Positions 12,405 through 23,956 of a stretch of 64,000 nt of DNA are shown in pieces (position 1 is the stretch's first letter; the number at the start of each line of letters is the position of its first letter). The stretch comes from Felis catus (taxonomy: Eukaryota). The stretch is from the NCBI RefSeq assembly GCF_018350175.1, contig NC_058368.1:111602001-111666000 (forward strand), in the 5' to 3' direction. A program made the position numbers and the translations under genes. The notes below the pieces were generated by a model. That model made no database searches, was not told the DNA's origin, and saw only the letters and a list, made by a program, of their open reading frames with translations.

Positions 12405-12562
12405 CACAGCTCTCCGTCTTGGCTGCATATTAGAATCACCTGGAGAGATTAAAAAAATAATCCTGATGCTCAGCCGGCAACCTGGGTTTGTTAAATCAGA
12501 ATCTAGGTTGATGGGAAACCTGGCCCGAATACAGGCGATTCCGGTGTGCAGCCAGGGTGGAG
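12405..12562. mobile_element. MER5-type hAT-Charlie MITE
   Basis: cttggctgcatattagaatcacctggagag...aaatcagaatct...gcgattccggtgtgcagccagggt, with the internal palindromic arms of MER5A/B. Confidence 0.75.
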
Positions 12563-12965
12563 ATGGGGAAGAGTCTCGTGAAGAGAGTAGGTGTCCTAGG
12601 AAGCGGGGAGGCGGGTGGCAGGAGTTCACGGCTCTACTCCTGGCGTCGCCACAACTGCATCTCTTTGCTCTGGAGAACCAAACCAACCACAGTCCTGCTC
12701 AGGCCACCCTCGGCTATGTGGCAAGCTCCTGGGGCGAGGAAGTGGAAGCATCTTGCTGTGTTTGCATCAAAGCTGCCTCTGTCAAGTGGGTGATGGGGAG
12801 GATAATTGCCAACATTATCGGGTATTTACTGGTGCCACATGTGGCCTCAGTTAGCCCTCTGCTTCCTCATGACCTAGCATTTCCATCTTCGTGGAAGGTA
12901 AGGTGCAGCATAGTTATGGAATGTTCCAAGTCACATAGGTATTCTCCAGCGACGAGCCGTGATTT

Positions 12966-13151
12966 CAGTGGTCTGAGCTGTGGAGTTCTTGGTGTGGTTC
13001 CTCCCAACTGACTTCAGTGACACCCCCTTGGAAGCTTGGAGTCAGCCCCAGTGTGCGTATTGACACCACAGAAATCGGCAAACACCACAAATCAGATATT
13101 TATTTATTTTCTCAGAGAGCTGGCTGTTAAATATTTGCCAGTGCATCGTTG
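12966..13151. mobile_element. MER63-like hAT fossil
   Basis: Starts cagtggt; contains gaaatcggcaaacaccacaaatcag and ends gagagctggctgttaaatatttgccagtgcatcgttg, similar to the MER63 terminus. Confidence 0.55.
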
Positions 13152-13380
13152 GACAGAGCCCAACACCCTAGGCCTGGCTCCTTCAGATTCGGGACGGAGG
13201 AGAAGCTAGAACTTAGGAGAATTGAATGGGAAGCTGTTTGTGCAGTGGAGTAAATAGTTGCATCAAGGGAAATGACACGAGAGGGGAAGGCACGAGCTCC
13301 TGTGACTTAGGGTGACACTTGGGGTGAGACATGGTTAATGCTGAGTAAATGTTTATTTCTCTTAAAATTGAGGTTACTGC

Positions 13381-13406
13381 AAAAAAAAAAAAAAAAAAAA
13401 AAAAAA
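13381..13406 (+). repeat. Poly(A)26 tract
   Basis: Uninterrupted run of 26 A with no adjacent SINE or L1 body. Confidence 0.95.
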
Positions 13407-13599
13407 GACAGTGGAGACCAGGCTAGAGATGAGGGAAGGCTAGGGACCATTCTTGAAAGATCTGTGAACTGCTAGAAGGAAGTTGTGCCACACCATGGCA
13501 GGCGATGAACTCACGGGATCAAGTTGCAGCTTGCACATGCTGGGCCACAAAGCCATTTGCGTGTCCATGTTCTGAGTCTGCCTTTCCGAGGGGTGTGGG

Positions 13600-14160
13600 C
13601 AGGGGCTCCAGCCACGAGACGGTTAAATCAGAATAACAAGGGGTGATTTAGCCCGCAGCCCCAACATTCCCTTGCTCACTGCTCCGGCTGGCCCTGCTAA
13701 TGCTCCTGGGTTGCAAATCTACCTATTTGTCAAGCCTCTCTCCACTGCCTGGCTCTCTGTGGCTGCTTGTGTGCTTTATTAAAGAGGCGTTTGCTACCTG
13801 TCATCTCAAACGGCCTCCTTTATCCAAAACAGAATAATAGAGATATCTCCCTCCAGGGACTCCGGATGCAAATGCCCGAGGACAGGTTGCCAATTTGCTG
13901 TGTGTATTAGGGGAAGGAAGCTGTCAAGGGAAACGGCTGGGATCCAGACTCTTCTAACAAGCTCATTTCTGGGTTGAGGGGAGACATGGGCCGCTCGAGT
14001 TTAGATTACGCGGGCACGAGCCTCCGCTTTCCTACGGACAGCTGTCAGCAGCAATCTCGTTTCTCTCCGGGAAACAAAATTGGCTTTTCTTCCTTCTTCC
14101 CCTCCCCCAGCCCGTCCTTGGGTAATAGAGGCCCTGCCAATAACTGTCAAGAAGCCCTTG
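13600..14160. promoter_or_regulatory. Candidate developmental enhancer (TALE/MEIS sites plus octamer)
   Basis: CTGTCA at 13798, 13921, 14042 and 14144; TGTCA at 13728; ATGCAAAT at 13866-13873; CpGs retained; no repeat recognised. Confidence 0.45.
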
Positions 14161-14968
14161 CATGGAGTGGAGATGTGGGCAGCATGCTCTCTGCTGTGTG
14201 GCGGATCGGGCCTTGGTTTGCAGCCTGGAGGATGTAGGTCCTGGCAGGTGCAGCCTTGTTTCTGGGGGGCAGACAGGAGAGAGCTCATTTCCTCCTCCCT
14301 CCCCCAGGGGAATCTAATCAAAGCAAGAACACTGTCCTGGCCACACCTGGGCAAAGATGCTCCTCCTGGCCCTCATCACAGAGGGATGCACCGGCTTCCT
14401 TCCCTCCCTGGAATCTCCCCACCCTTGGTGCCCACCATTAGGGAGCCCACATAAGGACCTTTGGTTTGACTTTTGCTCACCCTATAAAGGGGAACTGTCC
14501 TAGCTCTGGGATCATTCAGCATCACACTCTGGATCCAGGGACTTTTTGCCCCCAGGAAGACTTTTGGCAGTGGAGGACTTGGGTACAGGAGAAAGGTCCT
14601 GCAGCACCCACCTGGGGATCCTTTCCTCCCCTCCATTTCTCATAGGAAACCTGGGCACCCCCCCCCCCCCCCACCGCCCTGCCCAAGAGGTAGCTTCTAG
14701 GGAAGAAGCTGTGGCTCAGGGCCTTACTGGCAGCTGGCAAGTGCCAGGCTTTGGGTTCAAACCTGAGATAGGACTGTTCCATGTTTTGCATGGCTCTGCT
14801 TAGGGTCACAGGGGCCATGCTTTGCAGGGGGTTCACTAGCTTCTACCTCTTCTGGGTTACTCTGCAATGTCACATCCTTGTGGGCTCAGAGCTGTCCAGC
14901 CACCCCGGGGAGCCTATAGTGACTCCCCTGACCAGGGAGTGGTAGTCCGGTGTATGTGAGACCTCCTG

Positions 14969-15165
14969 TTTTTTTCTTTTTAATGCTTATTTATTTTTGA
15001 GAGAGTGCAAGTGCAGGAGGGGCAGAGAGAGAGGGGGACAGAGGATCCGAAGTGGGCTCTGAGCTGACAGCAGAGAAGCCTGTGCAGGGCTCGAACTCAT
15101 GAAGTGCAAGATCATGACCTGAGCCAAAGTTGGGTGCTCAACTGACTGAGCCATCCAGGCACCCC
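14969..15165 (-). mobile_element. Can-SINE (short-variant subfamily)
   Basis: T tail; gggggacagaggatccgaagtgggctctgagctgacagc; head ends ...gagccatccaggcacccc; no matching TSD found. Confidence 0.95.
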
Positions 15166-15819
15166 TGTCAAGTGGGTTTTTTTTTTTTTAAAGTTTATTT
15201 CATTTATGGGTTTTAAAGAGTTTTCTTGACCAACAGGACCTGCTTGCCACCATATCCTCACCTCCATCCCTAACCCATGCAGCCTCAGGATCGTGAGCAT
15301 CCAGGGAAGGGCCTAGAGTGCACACAAGTGTTCCCTGAGTGTGGCAGGGGGTTGTTTGGGACTGGGCAGAGGTGACCCAGTATGTAGAAACACCTACTGG
15401 GTCCTGTGCCTGGAGGCACAAGTTGGCTTCACTGGGAGTCAGGCAGCGCCCTAGGGTCATGGAAATGAACCTCAGGGTAGAGTCCAAGGCCATGTGGGAC
15501 AGGGAGGCCCCCTGAGCTGTGGGCACCATAGCTCTACACATTTGGTTTCTCCCCTGTCCTCTCACCTGTTTTTGGTAACTGCTTAATTAATGTTTGTTGC
15601 TAGTCTGTCTCACACCTTTCTCTTCCTTGGTGGTGTTCTCACCCATTTGGGGCTAAAGGGTGCACCGAGCGTGTGCCATACCAAGCCTCCCTGGTAGGTC
15701 TGGCCCTGCACGTGCTTTGCCCGTCCTTCCTTCACAAGGAAGGTGCCCTAACTTTCTTGCGCACCTGTTGTAACCTGCCCTCTCCCAGCCCTTCTCCGAG
15801 GCAGGAGGCTTGGCCCACC

Positions 15820-15935
15820 CAACCCCACCACCCTGTCAGTATCCCCATTTCACACACGAGGGAACAGACCCTCAGAGAGGTGAAGGTCAGAGCAGAATTT
15901 GAATCCAGACATTCTAGCCCTTCTGCTGCCAGGAC
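15820..15935 (-). mobile_element. MIR fragment
   Basis: atccccatttcacac...ctcagagaggtgaaggtcagagcagaatttgaatccagac. Confidence 0.7.
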
Positions 15936-18579
15936 TGCATGTTGGAGGTAGCCGAGATTTGGGGTCAGGAGTAAGAACTCTGTAGGATAGAATAACGTCA
16001 AGAGTCTACATCACTTGGTTGTTGTGGGTGTTGGTTCTTCTGTGGGGAGGGTTTAAGATGTCCCACCTGGGGGGAGGAAGGACTGTGTGCGTAAGGGGAG
16101 GAGGAAGGGAATCGGCAGAGCAGGGGCATGAAGGCTCAGGTCCTTTGGGGCTAGGCTTGCTGCTTTGCCCTCCAGCTTTAAGGGTACTGGGCTGGGGCTG
16201 GGTTTTCCTGCAGACGGGGCTTTGAGCTGTGGCTCTGAGCCAACACATGCCCCACCCCCCAGCCCCTGTATGCGGTCCCTGTGGGGGCTCTGGTAGTGTT
16301 GGCCACCTAGACACAAAGCAGACTTGACATGGGTCCCCACAAGAGCCTGTGCTCTGGGGCAGGATAGCTGTCCCCACTGCCAGCCCAGTACAGCTAGACA
16401 TAGAGTCCCACTGTGGCCAGGGAGTGCGCAAGCCTCTGTCATGAGTTCTTTGTTCACAGTCCATGCTTCCTAGAATACAGTGTCAAAAAGGTAGCTTCGA
16501 GGATGAAGAATGACAAATCCAGGAAGAAAAAATGGAGTATTTGTGGGATTCTACCCACAAAAGACATTGGTATGCTTGAGGTTAGAGTCCAACTTGAAGC
16601 AGGACATCACGGCCGCCTCACTAAGCTGCCAGCTGTTTCCTCCAGTGCCTGACACATGGTGAGCAATCACACAGTAGTTGAGTGAATCTGTAAAATGGGA
16701 TTCATCTGAGTTCCTATCTCAGAGGCTTGTGGGAGATGGAATCAGATAAAAGCACTGGGTACACAGTAGACGCTAAGGAAGTGCTCATAGCTCTTCCTTC
16801 TCGTAGGTGGGGCGGGGGAGCTTGGAACGTGGTGCTTCCGACTTGTTCTAGCTTCCGTTTCTCATCTGCTTGCCCTCTGTTCTGGGACTCTAAGGCCTCA
16901 GTGCAGAGCACAGATGCTGTGATTTCTCTAGGGGAGATTCCCCAGGAGCAAATGTCATGGAAGTCTTGGGAGTAGATGTGTGAATGCCAGAGCTGGAAAG
17001 GCCCCCAGAGGCATCATGGAACAGGCCAGATGGAGCTGCATCTTCTCCCAGCACTCCAGCCTACCAGCTGTGGCCTGGGGCAACCCACCAGCTCTTGGTC
17101 CAAGGGACCTGGTCTGTCAGAGCCTGGGCCTACATGGAGGGACTCTCCTTCGAGGTCTTCCATACGCCCTAGAGGTAAATGAACTCCTGCCTCTCATGCT
17201 GCTGCCTTCCTCAAGGCCAGGAAAGCCCAGGCCAGCAGACATCCTTTGCCAGGGCCTAGGGAGCCAGGCTCAGCTGAGGGAGAAGGCATCATGGAAGGGT
17301 TTGTGCATTAGGGGAAATCAGCCCCAAATAACTCCCAGATTCAGGTCTAAGCATTGCAGGTGAAGGCAGGTAGGAAATTACAGCCACTTGAAGCTTTCTC
17401 TCCCAGAGACTTGATTAAAGCTGAGGAGTGTTGGAGCCAAAATAGCTGGGAAAAGTGCCCTTTGATATGCTCATTTGGTTTTAATTTTGGGGGGCACAGG
17501 GCAGCCCCAGCTTGTTTTATTTCTGCTTCCTTTTAGCGGCTTTCACTTGGCTCCTATCCCCCACTGCCAGCCCTCCCCTGCTGGAGTTTGTGAATTTCAA
17601 GGTCAGCTGAAAGTCAAACTTTACCATGTTGGTGATGAAATGCAAGCAGATGTGGCTGGTTTGGCTGATGGCGGCCACACCCTGAGAACCGTGCTCAGTC
17701 CTGTGGGTGATGCCTGGCAAAATTAACAAAGTCTGATCGCTTACAACCCTGGGTTTCCATCTCAAGAGATTCAGATTTCAAAGTGAGTGCCAGTCAAGCT
17801 TGTGTTTACCTCGGGGCGGGGGGGTTGAGAGAAGTGAGGCCTGTTGGGGAAGGTGTGGCCACCCCATCCCAGTGTGCTAGTGACTGAGACCGGGCGGATG
17901 GGTGCCTGCTCTTGGGGTTGGCCTTTGTCACGTGGTACTGGCTTTGCTGGGGACGTGGTGCCCTGGCCCTTCTTGCTGGAGGAGGGGACTGCTGGATTTT
18001 CCAATGCTGGTGACATCACATGCCCATCTAGTTGCCCTCTCCCCCTTTGAATCGGCTTAAGCCATTGGCAGATGCTTGCCATGTGACCAGCACTGTGTTG
18101 GCAGTGACCTCAGGGAGAAGGTCAATTTTCAGCTCGGCTTTCCGGCGTCACCCACACCCCTCTGTGACTCAGAAAGTGGCCCAGCCGGCTGCCTCCTGCT
18201 CCTGCAGTCTGGCAGACATGGTCGAGTGGTGCAGAGAGAAGTGGCTTTCTGAGGTCCCAGCCGCTCCTGGCACGACCCCAGACGCTGCCCCTCAGGCTCC
18301 AGGAAAGGTCTCCTAACTGCTCCCTGACTGGGGATCTGGTGAGGGACTGTGGCAGCTGTATCCCCAGCATACCTGGGCATCCAACGCCCAGTCACATGCC
18401 AGGACTGGCTTACCCAGCAAGCAGGGAGACCCACACTTGGGTTTCCTTTCCTGGGCTCACCAGTTCCGCCAGCACAGCCCAGCCATCTCCCTGCACCCAG
18501 TGCTTCCCAGTTCCCCAGTCGCAGGGTGGAGCAGATGTGAGCACAGCCCGAGAGGCAGGGGGGGCTGAGGGACGGGCGC

Positions 18580-18800
18580 TTGGGAGTCAGCACCACGTTG
18601 GAAACCCAGCTCCATCGGTGGTCGGCTGTGGGACCTGGGCACCCTCCTCAGCTCCTCCAGGCCTCAGTTTCTTTGTTTGTAAGAGGGGTAATGGTGCCCT
18701 CCTCAGAGCTGCTGTGAGCACGAAATGAAATGGTGCGTGTAAAGTGCCTGGCTGGGTGCCTGCCGCCTGGTGCTCAGTAATGCCAGCTATTATAGCTATT
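18580..18800 (+). mobile_element. MIR SINE
   Basis: tgggagtcag...ctgtgggacctgggca...gcctcagtttctttgtttgtaa...gtaaagtgcctggc...gtgctcagtaaatg. Confidence 0.75.
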
Positions 18801-19919
18801 GTCCAAATCCAGTGAGAGCCGTGGGGAGGGACCTGCCTGGGTTCCCCTGTGGCCCGCTGGGCTTTCCTAGCTGTAGAGCCCAATTACGCAGCCTTTCCCT
18901 GGTCCAGGCGTGCTGCCTCTCCCCCCAGGGTCCTTGCCCCAGCTTGGCTGGGAGCAGGGGCAGATGGGCATTGGGAGTTAGCCCTGAATCCCCCCTCTCC
19001 ACCCTGCCTTTGTGAGTGGCAGCCTCGTGCAGAGAAGTGACGTATAGAAAGTGCCCTTTAAATTGAGGAGTTGTCCAAAACGGGGCTGGCTTTCAAAGCA
19101 CATTTTTGGATCAGAAATCCCGGAATAAGAAAATTCTGAACGCAGAACAAAGCACAAGAGCCTGCCACAACAGCACATGTGAGTCAACCCGGAGCGCCTC
19201 TGAAACAACCTGCCTTGTTAAAATCAGTCCCTTGGTGCGGGGGGATTAGCGCTCTGCAAACTTCCCATCCCAGGCCTGCCTGCATTTTTACTTTCCCTGC
19301 CCTGAATCTCTTGCTCCCCGCTTCATACCAGGGGGGACTTCCCACACAGAATGGGGGCCACTCCCATTGCTACAGTGATGGAGAGATTTTTTCCTTTGCT
19401 TTGGGTGGAGAGGCAGACACATTGTCTGAAACAACTCTCCCTGCTTCGTCCCCCACTCTGGCTGTTGTCAGATCAGGGAGACCTGAGTGAAGGAGCCCCA
19501 AAGGAGGGCCCTCTCTAGGTTACTGTGTGGGAGTTCCAAGAGTCCTTCCTTTCCTCCTCTTCCTCCAGGGTGGCTTGCCTGGTCTATTTACTCTGCAGAG
19601 GTGGGACCCCCCCCCCCTGGGGTTCACAGACACAACTGATCACACATGGCACCCCAGGGGCTCGGCAACGTGCAGCACCCACAGGACCTACTGACTGCCC
19701 CCTGTCCCGCTGACCACCTGCTAGTGTGGCTTGTGTGCTAGGAGAAGTACGTCCAAGATGGAACAGCAAGGACACACCCAGGAGCAGGTTCCAGACCTTC
19801 CTGCCCCACTGCTTCCCTACCACTCTGGGCTGGCTGGAGCAAGACTGGCCGGCTAGCCTGGGTTCTGGAGCACAAGCCTTTTCCTCACTCTGTTTGCCGA
19901 GCCTCCCCAAGCTTTGGCA

Positions 19920-20420
19920 GCTCATTATTTCTCCACTGGCGGGTGAGTGGGAGAGGCCGCGCCAAAGGGACGGCCAATTACCAGGGCCTCGCCGCCACGC
20001 ACCGCCTTGGATGCGTTTTCTCAAATGGCGAAGCCCTCTTCGGGGAGAGGCAATTTGTGGGGAGCTCAGGGCAGCATAATTTATGGGCCCCCTCTCTCCT
20101 GGTTAGGAAAGAGGTGGCTGTGGCTTAATTTAATTAGCTGGGTTCGGCTGAGCACATGACCAGGATGGGCCTGGAATCCTGGTAAACGAGGCACACTTCT
20201 TTTGTGAGTAAAGCACAGCCGAAGAAGAAAAGGTCTAAAGTTACTTGATTCATTAGGATCCTTGGGTTAGAGTTGTCTTCCAGTTTGAAATATAAAGCCA
20301 CTTATTTTTCTTAACAAGAATCCAGCCCACCAGCTACGGTGTTCTGCTCATGCATTTAATAGGAATAATTGCATGGAGCTCAAATTATCATAACCTAATG
20401 CTCTTCATGGTAGATCCAGC
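19920..20420. promoter_or_regulatory. Candidate conserved non-coding element (CpG-retaining, homeodomain-rich)
   Basis: Locally high CpG (ggccgcgcc, cgccgccacgcaccgcc) together with CAATTA, TAATTTATGG, TTAATTTAATTAG and ATGCATTTAAT...TAATTGCAT. Confidence 0.45.
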
Positions 20421-20959
20421 CTCGTCACATTTTTCCCACAGGGAAACGAGTGTGTTCTGTAGGGCGGGGAGAAGCCGCCAGCTCATTCGCCCGGTCGTTC
20501 ACAGCCTGCCTCTGCTCTGCCCTGCCTTGTTGGTTGAGTTTCTGGGGGTGCAGGCCACCAGGCTGGGAGCATTGAGGGGGCTTCTAGAAGAAGGGGCCAG
20601 GGTAGCAGTTGCTCTCTATAGGTGATCCATAGCTCTCAGCTCGGCCTAGCTCTCTAATTTCAAAGGAAGGTCACAGTAAGAGAAAGCTAGGTTTGTAAGG
20701 GATCATGAAGTCCTGATATTTCTGGTGGCAGTAGCAATCATAATGACTGGGCATAATGTCAGGGCAGTGCCCTTATTTTATAGTTCAGGGAACTCGGGTG
20801 CTGAGAGGCTATAAGAAAGGCTGGTCATGACAGACCCTGGCCCCGGGTTTTCGGATGTCCCAGAGCACGGAGGGGAGGTGCCAGCGATCTTAGACACAGA
20901 TCCCTTGAGCAGATAGGATGCACAGACTGGGGAGAGGGCCGTGAGATCTCTGTCACCAG

Positions 20960-21120
20960 CCACTTGATCTTAGGTAAGGCTCTCTCAGCCTCAGTTTCCA
21001 GACCTGCGAAATGGGGATCCCAACACCTGCCCTGAATCCCTCCCAGGGTTGGCTCATGATGCCCGTGAGAGAAAGAATCCAGGTGCGAGGGCTCAGCAAA
21101 GTGCTGCCAGGTTGGTTGAA
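20960..21120 (+). mobile_element. MIR fragment
   Basis: tctcagcctcagtttccagacctgcgaaatggggat...cagggttggct...ctcagcaaagtgc. Confidence 0.65.
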
Positions 21121-23225
21121 TCATCACAGCCAGAGTGCTATCACCTGCAGAAGGAGAAGCTTCCTGGCTCAAGCCAGGCATCCCTCTGAGCTCAAAATGA
21201 CCAGCGTGGCCAGGATTGCCAGAACTCGGGCTGGGCTGCTGCCTGTGGGGGGCCTGGATTTGAGTCCTGGGGCTTCCCCAGGTATGGCCTTTGTGCGCAT
21301 CTTGCACGGCGAGCCGAGGGTGCTGTGTTTCTGAGCTGTCCCTGCAGGCCACAGAGGCAGGCCCCCCGGTGAACCACTTGTGGGAGGAGCAGGGGCATGT
21401 GAACGGAGGACCACTGCATGTCCATTTTGCAGCCAGTGTGGGCCACACAGGAACTGGAGAGGGGCCTTGTCTATGTAAGTCCTCCATTACCCCGCTTCTT
21501 GTGTTTCTTTCTTTGTGGAGCCCCAGGTAAAGTCACCGGGAAACCCAGGCTGGGTTCTGCCACGGGGGCTGGGGCAGATGGTGGCAGGGGCCAGTCACGC
21601 CGTGAACACTGCGATCCTCACCAGGCCAGACTCAGAGGCTCAGGGCATTTGCCTTCTACCCTCACGGAAGCTGTGCGGCTTCTTTATCAGGAGATACAAG
21701 TGTTGCAGAGGCCATGGTGATCCCTTTCCCCCGAGAGCACTGCTTGTTATCCTTCGGTTACTTCGCAAAGCAAACGGTGCCTTCGTCTTCAATCGCAAAT
21801 GGTGTTGTCGACTACTTCAAAAAAGCAGAGTGAATATTATTCCAATATTTATCTTAGCACAAAACTAACATTTCAAAGCCTGTGCCCATAATTCAAATGT
21901 TGATGGGGAACACATTGTGTGGATGTGGTGCAAATATATACAAGGGGGAAGTTGCTTATATTTAATAGGGAAACAAGAAGTAAACATTTTTGAATAAAAA
22001 TGGCAAAGCCTTGGGTTCTACGAGTTGCAGTTTTTCAGTTGAACATAATTAACTGGCACCTCTTAGGAGCTGTCATGTGGTCTGAGGGTTCAGCAGGGTT
22101 GAAGTCAAGTTCTTATTAGCAAGCAAGGATGCCTCTCAGAACCGGGGCCCAGGATTTCGTGTTCCTGGCCTTACTGGGCTGATCTAGAAGCTGGCGTGTG
22201 GCTGGGAAGTTCACTGCCGCTGCTTTGTCTCTCCCCATGTTTGCTTCACGCAAATGCTCGAGCGTGCCAGGAGCCCTTATAAAGGCGCATGGGAAGGGGA
22301 GAGCGGCCCCTTCTTGGGGGCGGTTGTCTTGTGGCTGCTTTGTAAGAGTACCCCCTCATGCTGAAGGCTGACCTGCCCTGTAGCATCCCCTGTGTGGAAG
22401 AGAGAGGTGTGGGCCCCTGTGGTCTTGCTCTAAGAATTCTTGAGCAACGGGAACCACGGCTGTTTCTGGCATCTTACATCATGTGAGAAGGGCTTGCAGG
22501 CCTCTGTAAACGCTCGGGTGCCTGTCTGTACAAATGTGGGGCCTTGACACTGGCAGGCTCCGTTTTTGTTACTGAATCAGGGTGTGGGCACTCGCACTTC
22601 CTTCTGGAATCCTCCAGCCTGTGTGTCTGACTGGGGAAGCAGCTGTGAAGGTGGCATCTGCATAGCCCTGGCCCCATCCTGCTGCGACAATTCGCCAGGT
22701 GATAGGTTTGTGGAAGTGGAGGGGCTCTGTATTGCTGCACTCTGGTTCCTGGGGCATTAGTTTCAGTCCTGAATGGGCTTTTCCTGCAAGGAGACAGCCA
22801 CGTGACTTCTCCAAGTCAAGCAAGGACACTTCGGATTTGTCCTCATGGCTCTGTTCGCCATCATTGTCTTGTTTTCCAAAGTTGAATTGGTGCTTTTTTG
22901 GGGGGGGCGGGGCTTCCTTAGATGGCAGGACCATATAAATCCTCATGCCGCACTTAGCAAGGACACCCAGAAGTTCATGGGTGTGAGGGGGCACCTGGAA
23001 TCATTCTGGACCACTTCGGCAGATGCTGCTGGGCAAGGCTGTGTGCTCAGAGCCGTGTGATGTGCTGGAAGGGGATGGCAGAGAGGGAGGTGTGGCTCTC
23101 ACCACGTGAGGAGGACAGAAGTTAGGATTTTACACAGGAGATTTGGAGGCCATTTGTTTGAGGGGCTCTTCTCTGGAAACTAGAAGTAATAATAATTAAA
23201 TTGAAAATTAAAAAATGATAAAGCT

Positions 23226-23522
23226 GGGGTGCCCGGGTGGCTCAGTTGGTTGAGCGTCTGACTCTTGATCTTAGCTCTGGTTGTAATCCCAGGATTGAGA
23301 CCTACTTCGGGCTGTGCCCTGAGTGTGGAGTCTGCTTGAGATTCTCTCTCTCTCTCTCTCTCTCCCTCTCTCCCTCTCTCCCTCTCTCCCTCTCTCCCTC
23401 TCTCCCTCTCTCCCTCTCTCCCTCTCTCCCTCTCTCCCTCTCTCCCTCTCTCGCCCTCCCTGCCCTGCCAGCTCTGCCCCTTTCCCGTTGCTTGCACACA
23501 CTTTCTCTTTAAAAAAAAAAAA
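23226..23522 (+). mobile_element. Older Can-SINE with expanded CT-rich microsatellite
   Basis: ggggtgcccgggtggctcagttggttgagcgtctgactcttgat head; A tail; degenerate TSD aaaaaatgataaagct / aaaaaatcataaggct. Confidence 0.92.
23343..23452 (+). repeat. (CT)n followed by (CTCTCTCC)n microsatellite
   Basis: About 110 bp of pure pyrimidine with 8-bp periodicity inside the SINE. Confidence 0.95.
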
Positions 23523-23956
23523 TCATAAGGCTGACGGAGTGTTTATAAATAGGTCAGAAAGCGTTCTGGGTACCTGATGGGAATTAATTCTTGTAACTCT
23601 CACCACAGGTGTGTGAGGTGAACATTACTCCTCCTCTTTTACACATGTAGTAATAACATTTCATGGGGGTCAAACAGCTAGAGTGGTAGAGCTGCCTCTG
23701 ACCCTGGGCAGTCTCCTGGGCATATGTGCCTATGGCTGGGAGGTTCTGGCATGTGCCTGTGGCTGGGAAGAAGCACCTGCTTCTTCACACTATTTCTGCT
23801 GCAGCTTTTTTTCCTGGGGACTTGGTATTTTCCTGAAGGCCATTCCCCCTCTGTGCCCAAGGATGTGCAGGATAGTGTTAGGTGCTGAGAGGAGAGAGCA
23901 GGTCAGGATGGGGCTGCTCACTGTCCAAACCCAGGGCTGAGCAGCCTTCCTCTCTT

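Noticed and set aside
20825..21487. 220-aa minus-strand ORF
   Set aside because: Spans a MIR fragment; no domain recognised.
23180..23577. Arg/Glu/Gly- and Ser/Leu/Pro-repeat ORFs
   Set aside because: Translations of the (CTCTCTCC)n microsatellite in a SINE.
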